A DNA stretch of 64,000 bases from NCBI GenBank assembly GCA_050010335.1, contig JBEKLF010000008.1, positions 18,905 through 82,904 of the forward strand, read 5' to 3'. Position numbers and translations under genes: made by a program. This document shows positions 19,973 to 27,910 of the stretch, piece by piece. A model generated the notes under the pieces. That model did no database searches and was not told where the DNA came from. It saw only the letters and a program-made list of their open reading frames with translations. Within the stretch, counting starts at the first letter, position 1. Every line of letters starts with the position of its first letter. This DNA comes from Terriglobia bacterium (GTDB lineage: Bacteria > Acidobacteriota > Terriglobia > UBA7540).

Positions 19973-21805
19973 ATGGGTTCCAACCGGCTTCGGTTATCCC
20001 TCGTTTTGCTTTGCTTAATCCCCTGCGCCGCGCAAGCTGGCGACCCGATTCATTATGTGGTGGATTTGACGGCGACGGAAAAGCACCTGGTGCAGGTCAC
20101 CTTGAATATTCCGGATGCAATCGCCGGCACGGAGATTCAGCTTCCTGCATGGAATTGCCTTTACCAGATTCGCGACTTCGTGAAAAACGTGGAAGACATG
20201 AAGGGTGAATGTGACGGCGAAGCTGCGGATTTGGACCGGGAAGATTTGAATACCTGGCGCGGACCGAATCGCTCTTGCCGCAGCCTCTCCTTCCATTACT
20301 CGGTTTATGCGGACACTGACGGTCCCTTTGACAGTATCCTGGATGGCAATCATTCCTTTTTGAACCTGGCCATGGTCCTTTTCTATCTTCCCCAGGAGCG
20401 CGACCGGGCGATGCAGGTCAAGTATCTGATTCCCGCCGGATGGAAACTCGCGACCCTCCTGGAGGGCGAAGGCGATGAGTTTCAGGCGGCAAATTACGAC
20501 GCTCTGGTGGATAGCCCCGTCGAGGCGGGCCACTTTGAGGAATTCTCTTACCCGCAGGATTTTACCCCGCCTGGCGCTTCCCCGGCCGAGGCGAAGCACG
20601 CGACCATACGCCTGATTATTGACGCCGACCGGGCCGATTATTCCCCCGGCCGCATTCTGGATTCCCTTCGGAAGATCACCACGGAAGAGACCCATCTGAT
20701 GCAGGATATGCCCTTCCGTCGTTACACCTTCATTCTGCATTTTCCGCGCGACGGCGGGTCGACGGGTGGCATGGAACATCGCGAGGGCACGGCCATAGCC
20801 ATCCCGGCTTCGGTGGTTCGAAACGAGGAAGGCTACCTGGAGAGTGTCGTCGCCCACGAGTTCTTCCACGCCTGGAACGTCAAGCGCATCCGGCCCCAGA
20901 CGCTGGAACCCATCGACTACATCCATGGCAATGACACGCGGGATTTGTGGCTGTGTGAGGGCGTCACCAGCACGTACGCGCAGTTGGCCTTGGTCCGTGG
21001 GGACCTTATCGATCGCGACGTGTTCTATGAGCGCATCGCGGATGCCATCGAGGCGTTGCAAGGCCGCCCCGCGCGACGCTCGCAGAGTGTCGAGACGGCA
21101 GGCCGGGAAGCGTGGCTCGAGAAATACTCCGACTATAATCGTCGCGACCGGAGCATTTCGTACTACAACAAAGGGGAACTGCTCGGGTACTTGCTGGATC
21201 TGGGCATCCGTCACGCGAGCGATAACCATGCGGGGCTGGATGATCTGATGCGCCACCTTAATCAGGATTTTGCCCAGCGAGGCCGTTTTTACACCCTCGC
21301 CGATTTCCGTTCGATTATTGCCCTATTGGCGCCCACTTTTGACCTGAACCAATTTTTGACGGACTACATGCGCGGAACGCAGGAACTCGATTACTCCACC
21401 TATCTGGGTTATGCCGGATTAAACCTCTCGACGCGCCAGGAGGAATTACCCCTGCAAGGCTTCTCCGCCTCGCGGAATGCCGGGGGGCTGCTGCAAGTGG
21501 ATTCGGTCGACACCGGGAGTGATGCTGAAAAGGCCGGCTTGCAGCCAGGGGATTTACTGATGATGGCCGACGGGGATCTGCTGCCGGCGGGCCCGAATCC
21601 CACTCTGCCCCTCTGGCGGCCCGGCCAGTCGGTGGAACTCCAGATCGCGCGGGAGGGCGTAACCCGCCTCTTCAAATTCCGGATCGGGGTAAAGCAGCAA
21701 ATCTCGGTTCAAATCGAGGAAAACCCGAAGGCCACACCGGACCAGTTGCAAGTGCGGGAGGGCTGGCTGAAGGGCATAACCCAATTATCCCCGGGGCAAC
21801 CATGA
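19973..21805 (+). CDS. M61 family glycyl aminopeptidase with C-terminal PDZ domain, secreted
   Basis: HEFFHAWNVKRIRP zinc motif and a PDZ-like GLQPGDLLMMADG. Start set at ATG 19973 in front of a signal peptide. Confidence 0.8.
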   Translation: MGSNRLRLSLVLLCLIPCAAQAGDPIHYVVDLTATEKHLVQVTLNIPDAIAGTEIQLPAWNCLYQIRDFVKNVEDMKGECDGEAADLDREDLNTWRGPNRSCRSLSFHYSVYADTDGPFDSILDGNHSFLNLAMVLFYLPQERDRAMQVKYLIPAGWKLATLLEGEGDEFQAANYDALVDSPVEAGHFEEFSYPQDFTPPGASPAEAKHATIRLIIDADRADYSPGRILDSLRKITTEETHLMQDMPFRRYTFILHFPRDGGSTGGMEHREGTAIAIPASVVRNEEGYLESVVAHEFFHAWNVKRIRPQTLEPIDYIHGNDTRDLWLCEGVTSTYAQLALVRGDLIDRDVFYERIADAIEALQGRPARRSQSVETAGREAWLEKYSDYNRRDRSISYYNKGELLGYLLDLGIRHASDNHAGLDDLMRHLNQDFAQRGRFYTLADFRSIIALLAPTFDLNQFLTDYMRGTQELDYSTYLGYAGLNLSTRQEELPLQGFSASRNAGGLLQVDSVDTGSDAEKAGLQPGDLLMMADGDLLPAGPNPTLPLWRPGQSVELQIAREGVTRLFKFRIGVKQQISVQIEENPKATPDQLQVREGWLKGITQLSPGQP

Positions 21806-22545
21806 TTCGCGCGACCTTCGTCACGATCATCACGTTTCTTTATATCGTCGTCGTCGGGTTTCCCTATTTGATTCACGCCTGGCTGACGAAGAACACCGAC
21901 CGGATTTATCAGATCGGCATGACGGGAGCTCGATTGGCAATTTGGCTCTCCGGTGTTCGTCTGGAGGTCGCGGGCCTGGAGAAGATTCCCCATGGCCGCG
22001 CCGCCATTTACATGCCCAACCATCAGAGCAATTGCGATCCCCCCGCTGTGATTTCCATCCTGCCACCCGTTCTGGTGATCGCGAAGCAGGAGTTCTTTCG
22101 CGTGCCGGTGCTGGGGACGGCCATGGTTTACCGCGACTTCATTCCCCTGGATCGGAAGAACCGCGAGAGGGCCATTGCCGCAGTGGAACGCGCAGTGGCC
22201 TCGATGAAAGCGGGGAACTCTTTTCTGGCGTTTCCGGAAGGCACGCGCAGCCCGGATGGCCGCCTTCAGGCATTCAAGAAAGGCCTGTTCCTCATGGCCA
22301 TCAAATCCGGCGCACTCATTGTTCCGATTTCGGTATCGGGCGCTCGCAAGGTCATGCCCAAAGGCCAATTTGTGATTCACCCCGGCCGGGTTCGCATTAC
22401 CATTCACGACCCCATTTCCGCCGCGGATTACGCCCCGGAGGACCGGGGGAAACTTATCGAGCTGACGCGCGAAGCCATTTTGAAAGGCCTCGATCCGGAA
22501 GAAAGGCCACTGGGAGAAGCGGTGACGGTTGGCGAAAAACCATAG
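21802..22545 (+). CDS. plsC: 1-acyl-sn-glycerol-3-phosphate acyltransferase
   Basis: NHQSNCDP (HX4D) and FPEGTRS motifs. ATGA overlap with the M61 stop. Confidence 0.85.
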   Translation: MIRATFVTIITFLYIVVVGFPYLIHAWLTKNTDRIYQIGMTGARLAIWLSGVRLEVAGLEKIPHGRAAIYMPNHQSNCDPPAVISILPPVLVIAKQEFFRVPVLGTAMVYRDFIPLDRKNRERAIAAVERAVASMKAGNSFLAFPEGTRSPDGRLQAFKKGLFLMAIKSGALIVPISVSGARKVMPKGQFVIHPGRVRITIHDPISAADYAPEDRGKLIELTREAILKGLDPEERPLGEAVTVGEKP

Positions 22546-22713
22546 AGGAGTGATGGAAAATGGCAGTCGCGGCCTCTCTTTACGCGGCCTTTACTTAATG
22601 CGACTTACGTTATCCCGCTTCGCGCGATGCGCCATTCACGCGTCGCGGCAGGCTTGTCCACGTGGCGCCAAATCTCCAATATGAAATCGATTGCTCCGAA
22701 ATTCCGACCAGGT

Positions 22714-22756
22714 ACGAAGATTTTCGTTGACAATACGAATCCCTTCGTAGTATGAA
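22714..22756 (+). promoter_or_regulatory. blaI promoter with two operator-like dyads
   Basis: ACGAAgattTTCGT 22714-22727. TTGACA 22727-22732. TACGAAtcccTTCGTA 22734-22749. TATGAA 22751-22756. ATG at 22763 with no SD. Confidence 0.5.
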
Positions 22757-22762
22757 TAGCGC

Positions 22763-23152
22763 ATGACAAAATCAAGTGTTGCAAAACCCACCGCCGGCGA
22801 GCTCGAGATTCTCCGCATTTTATGGGAACAAGGGCCCTCCACGGTGCGTGCTGTGCATGATGCCTTGCTCAGGGAAAAAGACGTGGGATATACCACGGTG
22901 CTGAAGCTGATGCAGATCATGACGGCCAAGGGCACGGTGCGCCGCAACCAGGAGCAGCGGGCGCACGTCTACGAAGCCTGCCAGCCCGCCGAAAAGACCA
23001 AGCGCGCACTGGCCGGAGATGTGCTCCAACGCGTGTTTCAGGGATCGGCAAGCCAGCTCATGATGCACGCGCTCGAAGGACGACGAACTTCACGGGAAGA
23101 GCTGGAGAAACTGCGGCATTTGTTGGACAACTACGAAAAGGGACTGCGATGA
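22763..23152 (+). CDS. blaI: BlaI/MecI/CopY family transcriptional repressor
   Basis: 129 aa winged helix: ELEILRILWEQGPSTVRAVHDAL and YTTVLKLMQIMTAKG. Confidence 0.85.
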   Translation: MTKSSVAKPTAGELEILRILWEQGPSTVRAVHDALLREKDVGYTTVLKLMQIMTAKGTVRRNQEQRAHVYEACQPAEKTKRALAGDVLQRVFQGSASQLMMHALEGRRTSREELEKLRHLLDNYEKGLR

Positions 23153-25260
23153 CACACTTCGGGCTATCTCCGGACGTGACTCGGCCGATATGCTGGGCGT
23201 TGCTGCACTTCCTCTGGCAAGGGCTGGCGCTCGCCCTGCTGCTTTCCGTGGCACTCGCCCTTGTGCGCCGTGCGGCGGTGCGCTATGCGTTGGGCTTGGC
23301 CACCCTGGTCCTGATGGTGGCAGCGCCCGTCGCCACATTCCTGATGCTCCGGCATCCGGTTACTGCCGGCGGGGCACGCGCCATCACTGCGTTGGCCGAG
23401 ATGCCAAGGGTCCGCCCCACACCGCCCGCCGCGGGTGCGCGGAGAGATAACATCAATACCGTCGCCGCGCCGCGCAGTGAGATCCCGGCGCTTCCCGAAG
23501 GGTCGGAGGTGTGGCTGCTTGAATTCTGGCTGGCCGGTATTGTTGTCCTCAGCGTGCGTGCGCTCGGTGGACTCTGCCTGCTTGAGCGTATACGGCGGCG
23601 CGAGACGAACACTGTAAGTACGGAACTGGAGGCCATGGCCCACGCGCTGGAGCGCCGGCTGGGCCTGCGCCGAGCCCTGCGGTATTGCCAGTGCCGCAAT
23701 CTGGATGCGCCCGCCGTCATCGGGTGGCTGCGCCCCGTCGTGCTCCTGCCGGTCTCCGCCTTGACGGGCTTGTCGCCCGAACAACTGGGAGCGGTCATCG
23801 CCCACGAGCTGGCCCATATCCGGCGGCACGACGCCTTGGTGAACCTCTTTCAGACCGGAGTTGAAACCCTGCTGTTTTACCACCCCGCCGTCTGGTGGGT
23901 GAATGCGCAAATACGCGCCGAGCGCGAGAACTGCTGCGACGATGTAGCGGTTTCTGTCTGTGGCGGCGTTCCGGACTACGCCCGTGCGCTGATGCTGATG
24001 GAGGAATGGCGCCGGGCGCCGCACCTGGCGATGGCGGCCAATGGCAGTCGGCTTCGCTCCCGCGTGCTACGGCTCATGGGACTCGAAATTCATCATAGCG
24101 GCGCTCGGAGCATGGGTTTGGCGGCCGCCTCGCTGTGTCTCGCACTCGTGGTCCTGGCCGGAACGGGACTCATGGGCACGGCGCGGGGCCTCTTCGATCC
24201 CACCGGCGGCATTTCGCCGGTCGAGACGGGGATGATTCCGGTCAGCATGCCTTCGGCCCGCGGACCCGTTGCGTCCCCGCCAAGCTCTGCCTCCCCCGAG
24301 TCTCTGCTTGGGATGATGGGGAATGTGCGTGCTCTGCGGGCGGCACGGGCGGCTCGCGCGCTCGAAACCGCGGTGGCATCTGCGCTGAGCCTGCCGGGCT
24401 TGGCTGAGGCCAGGCCGGAAAACGCCGAGGAAAAGGCGGGTCCCGCCACCGGAGACTCTGCTGGACCGCAGGAAGCTGCTCCGGCGGGGAAGGAATCCTT
24501 CATCGACGGACTCAGTTCGGTCGGCTTCAAGGACCTCGACGCGGACCAACTGATCAGCCTCAAGGTGCAGCACGTAACGCCGGAATACATCCGCCAAATT
24601 CACGCGGCAGGGCTGACCCCAACGGTTGATGAGCTGATTGGCATGAAAGTGCAGGGTGTGACTCCCGAATACATCAGCGCCATGCGAGCGCACGGCTTAA
24701 AGCCCACCGTGGACGACCTGATCGCGCTGAAAGTGCAGGGCCTAACACCGGAGTACCTCACCGCCATGCACGCCGCCGGCGTCGATTTAACCGCCGATGC
24801 GGCCATCGCGATGAAAGTCCAGGGTGTGACGTCGGAATACATCCATGATTTGCGTGCCGAAGGAGTGGAGCCCAAGCCCGATGAGTTGATTGCTCTCAAG
24901 GTGCAGGATGTGACGCCGGGATACGTCCGCGACATACACGCCGCGGGGCTCAAGCCCACGGCTGACGATCTGATCGCCATGAGAGTGCAGGGCGTGACGC
25001 CGGAATACATCCGCGATATGCACACCGCCGGTCTCACCCCGACGACGGACCAGTTCATCGCTTTCCGGACGCAGGGCATCACACCGGAATTCGTGCGGGC
25101 CATGCAGGCAGAGGGCCTCGGAAAGCTCACTACAGACGACTACATTGAGGCCAAGGTAATGGGCATCACGCCTGAGTTCATTAAAGAGGTTCGAAGCCAC
25201 GGCGTTCAGGGCCTGACTCTGGACAAGTTGATAGGGTTGAAGGAAGCAGGCGTGTTCTAA
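23149..25260 (+). CDS. BlaR1-like M56 peptidase signal transducer with C-terminal 28-aa repeat array
   Basis: HELAHIRRHD zinc motif, 4 or more TM helices, an Ala/Pro-rich linker, then 8.5 repeats of D-x-LI-x-KVQGVTPEYI-x-x-M-x-A-x-GL-x-PT. Confidence 0.85.
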   Translation: MTHFGLSPDVTRPICWALLHFLWQGLALALLLSVALALVRRAAVRYALGLATLVLMVAAPVATFLMLRHPVTAGGARAITALAEMPRVRPTPPAAGARRDNINTVAAPRSEIPALPEGSEVWLLEFWLAGIVVLSVRALGGLCLLERIRRRETNTVSTELEAMAHALERRLGLRRALRYCQCRNLDAPAVIGWLRPVVLLPVSALTGLSPEQLGAVIAHELAHIRRHDALVNLFQTGVETLLFYHPAVWWVNAQIRAERENCCDDVAVSVCGGVPDYARALMLMEEWRRAPHLAMAANGSRLRSRVLRLMGLEIHHSGARSMGLAAASLCLALVVLAGTGLMGTARGLFDPTGGISPVETGMIPVSMPSARGPVASPPSSASPESLLGMMGNVRALRAARAARALETAVASALSLPGLAEARPENAEEKAGPATGDSAGPQEAAPAGKESFIDGLSSVGFKDLDADQLISLKVQHVTPEYIRQIHAAGLTPTVDELIGMKVQGVTPEYISAMRAHGLKPTVDDLIALKVQGLTPEYLTAMHAAGVDLTADAAIAMKVQGVTSEYIHDLRAEGVEPKPDELIALKVQDVTPGYVRDIHAAGLKPTADDLIAMRVQGVTPEYIRDMHTAGLTPTTDQFIAFRTQGITPEFVRAMQAEGLGKLTTDDYIEAKVMGITPEFIKEVRSHGVQGLTLDKLIGLKEAGVF
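24544..25257 (+). repeat. In-frame 84-bp tandem repeats (8.5 units) encoding the BlaR1 tail
   Basis: Units DQLISLKVQHVTPEYIRQIHAAGLTPTV, DELIGMKVQGVTPEYISAMRAHGLKPTV and so on, ending in the truncated unit DKLIGLKEAGVF. Confidence 0.85.
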
Positions 25261-25304
25261 CCCGCATTGCTCACCAGATCGTTGATGCGGATGCATCCGG
25301 GTTT

Positions 25305-25506
25305 GAGCCCCAACGGGGCGAACTAACAAAGCCCAGGCCAAAGGCCTGGGTTTGCAGAAGCAGGAGCGATGGAGCCCTGAAGGGGCGCGCCACGCTCGAC
25401 GCGACAGACTGTAGTTCGCCCTTACAGGGCTGGACGTTCAGGGTTGAGGGTCATCTCTAAACCCAGGCCGTTGGCCTGGGCTTTGTGAGTTCGCCCCGTT
25501 GGGGCT
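25305..25506. repeat. MITE/REP-like element with ~48-bp inverted arms
   Basis: Arm 25305-25353 is nearly the reverse complement of 25459-25506, with 2-3 mismatches. Each arm contains the CCCAGGCC-N-GGCCTGGG and GCCCC-N3-GGGGC mini-palindromes. Confidence 0.75.
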
Positions 25507-25592
25507 GAAGGCACCGGACATACTGCAGCATTGGGCTGTTCTCGTGAGAAATCCGGGCTGAGCACATCAACGGAATTGAGGAGGAGAAGGCA

Positions 25593-26717
25593 ATGAGCAC
25601 ACGAATGGCACGGAATCTGGGCATATTGGCTCTGACCGTAATCGCGCTCGGGGCGATTACGACGTTGGGCCTCGACCCGCAGAGCGGCGACTGGACGCTT
25701 AGGAAATCTGACGTCCAAGGCAAAGTACACTTCTCCCTGATCCGCGACAGCGTGGGAGGCGGGAACTTCCAATCGAGCTCGGATTGGCCACTCGACCAGT
25801 TCCAGGGCTTGGACGCTGCTCCCAGCGCCCGCCACAACGTGAAGTTCACCGTTGCGCGGGAGGCGGGGCGGTTCGAATGCGAAGGTTTCCTGGAAAACGG
25901 CGAAGGGGCCGGCCTGTTTCACTTTCTGCCCAATCCGCAATTTGTCGAGCAAATGAAAGCCCTGGGGTTCGGAGGCATCGACGGCGACAAACTTATGGCG
26001 GCGGCCATTCACGACGTAACGGTTGAATTTGCCCGTGAAATGCAGGCTGAGCACATCACCGGGCTCGATACCGACAAACTCATCGCCTTTCGTATCTTTG
26101 GGGTAACGCGCCAGTTCATCGAGGGCCTGCGGTCGTCTGGGCTCAACGTGACCGACAGCGACAAACTTGTGGCCTTCCGCATTCACGGGGTGACGCCGGA
26201 GATGGTTCGCACGCTGCACCAGGCCGGTTACACCCCGGACGAAGACCAACTGATTGCGATGCGCATCCACGGCGCCACCCCGGAGTGGATTGCGGCGCTC
26301 GCAAAAGTGGGCTACCAGCATATTGATCTGGATCAGCTCATCGCCTTTCGAATTCACGGCGTCAGTCCGGAATTTATCGGCAAGCTGGAAGAACTCGGGT
26401 ATAAGCATCTGGAGGGGGATCAACTCACCGCAATGCGGATTCACGGCGCCACGACGGAGTGGATCGAGGCGCTGGGAAGAGTGGGCTACGATCACATTGA
26501 GCCGGACCAGCTCATTGCTTTTCGCATTCACGGCGTGAGCCCGGAATTCATCGGGAAAATTCAAGAGCTCGGTTATAAGCACCCAGACGCAGATCAGCTC
26601 ATCGCGATGCGGATTCACGGCGTTACCCCTGAATACATCGCCAAACTGCAATCCCAGGGGATGCACAATCTCAGCGCTGACCAGTTAATTAATTTGCGGA
26701 TTCACGGTATCGACTAG
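25593..26717 (+). CDS. Secreted protein: N-terminal beta domain + 8.5 BlaR1-tail-type repeats
   Basis: Signal peptide, RBS GGAGGAG, and repeats DQLIAFRIHGVSPEFIGKLEELGYKH / DQLIAMRIHGATPEWIAALAKVGYQH from 25986 to the stop. Confidence 0.7.
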   Translation: MSTRMARNLGILALTVIALGAITTLGLDPQSGDWTLRKSDVQGKVHFSLIRDSVGGGNFQSSSDWPLDQFQGLDAAPSARHNVKFTVAREAGRFECEGFLENGEGAGLFHFLPNPQFVEQMKALGFGGIDGDKLMAAAIHDVTVEFAREMQAEHITGLDTDKLIAFRIFGVTRQFIEGLRSSGLNVTDSDKLVAFRIHGVTPEMVRTLHQAGYTPDEDQLIAMRIHGATPEWIAALAKVGYQHIDLDQLIAFRIHGVSPEFIGKLEELGYKHLEGDQLTAMRIHGATTEWIEALGRVGYDHIEPDQLIAFRIHGVSPEFIGKIQELGYKHPDADQLIAMRIHGVTPEYIAKLQSQGMHNLSADQLINLRIHGID

Positions 26718-26736
26718 CGCTGAGCACAAAAAAGGA

Positions 26737-26870
26737 ATTCACCACGGAGGCACAGAGGTCACGGAGAGAAGACCCAAAGGAGAACATCAAGTCAATCATC
26801 CGCTGAACGGTAATCCCTACCCCCGCAAACAGGAGTACTTCTCCGTGACCTCTGTGCCTCCGTGGTGAAT
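26737..26870. repeat. Perfect 31-bp inverted repeat (long hairpin) between convergent genes
   Basis: ATTCACCACGGAGGCACAGAGGTCACGGAGA 26737-26767 has its exact reverse complement at 26840-26870. Confidence 0.85.
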
Positions 26871-26877
26871 CTCCGAC

Positions 26878-27456
26878 TCAGAACCTATCCTCCCGAACCC
26901 ACCTCGCTACCGCGTCCGCTACGGAGAATTGCCGCTGAGGGTCAGCCTCGAACCGGCGGCCGAGGCTGTATGCGTTCACCTCCAACGGGATGCCATCATA
27001 ACCGCCGCCCGAAAGGAACCCCCGGACGTACAATTCCGAGAATCGCGGAATCCCAAGCTGGCGGTATTGCTCGACGTGGACGAGTTCATGAAACAGGAGG
27101 CCGCTCGAAAAGGGGACGTGCGATACGATGACATCATGGAACGTAATCGCCGTGATTTGTGAGAGGTCACGCAAGCCCGAAAAGCCCATACCCACCAGCA
27201 TCCAACGGAACGGCGGATTTTCGAGCCGGGCGCCATCCAACTCCAGGAGCCGTGCTGCATCAAGGGTCTGTGTTGTGAAGAAGCCAGACATTGCGGCCAT
27301 CTGCGCTGGAGTAAGCGGAATCGCCTGCGGAGAGAACCTCTCCCGTTGTGCATTGATGTAATGGGAAACGAGACGGGGCACCCGTAGGGCTCGTGCAAAG
27401 CCGAGTTGCAGCGAAGTCATCCGATTCACGGGTGTCCACTCCCGCGGCGCGTTCAC
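26878..27456 (-). CDS. Hypothetical HExxH protein, DUF4157-like
   Basis: AITFHDVIVSHVPFSSGLLFHELVHVEQY resembles the DUF4157 metallopeptidase-like motif. GTG start 27456; ATG alternative 27420. Confidence 0.5.
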   Translation of the reverse strand: MNAPREWTPVNRMTSLQLGFARALRVPRLVSHYINAQRERFSPQAIPLTPAQMAAMSGFFTTQTLDAARLLELDGARLENPPFRWMLVGMGFSGLRDLSQITAITFHDVIVSHVPFSSGLLFHELVHVEQYRQLGIPRFSELYVRGFLSGGGYDGIPLEVNAYSLGRRFEADPQRQFSVADAVARWVREDRF

Positions 27457-27509
27457 TTAAAGAGCCGCGAACGGACATTCGCCCGGTTTAGAGCGTGGTA
27501 CAGCATCTC

Positions 27510-27707
27510 GCCGACATCCACTCGCCGCACTCTGCCCATGCCTGAATCCTACCGCTTCTTGGCCCGAAAGAAAAGGGTACCTGACCCCCTTCCTCCCCTG
27601 ACCCCCTTCCTCCCCGTGGTAAATCATGCCGCCAACATCAACTCGCCGTACTCTGCCCATGACTGCATTTTATCGCATCGTTTCCGGATGAAAAAGGTAC
27701 CTAACCC
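27510..27707. repeat. Two ~78-nt imperfect direct repeats, each ending in AAAAGGGTACCTGAC-like motif
   Basis: 27510-27588 versus 27631-27707, about three quarters identical by eye. GGTACC at 27576 and 27696. Confidence 0.7.
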
Positions 27708-27910
27708 CTTTTCCCACAGGTGGAGAAACCGGAAACGTGGATATTCCGTCCGCCCCGCTTATTTTGAGAATGGTGGTACTGTAGAGAAGCCCATCCAACT
27801 GCAACCATCTCCTTCGTCCGTGGTAGAATCTGCCCATAAATTGTTCTTAGTCCTCGACAGGCGTGACGGCGGGATGCTGTGGGAAAAAGCGAAGTCTTAG
27901 GAGCGTGTGC

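Noticed and set aside
20015-21256. 413-aa ORF on the - strand
   Set aside because: It is antisense to the M61 peptidase, which carries the HExxH zinc motif and a PDZ domain.
25422-26666. 414-aa ORF on the - strand
   Set aside because: It is antisense to the secreted repeat protein. Its apparent internal periodicity is just the mirror of the + strand repeats.
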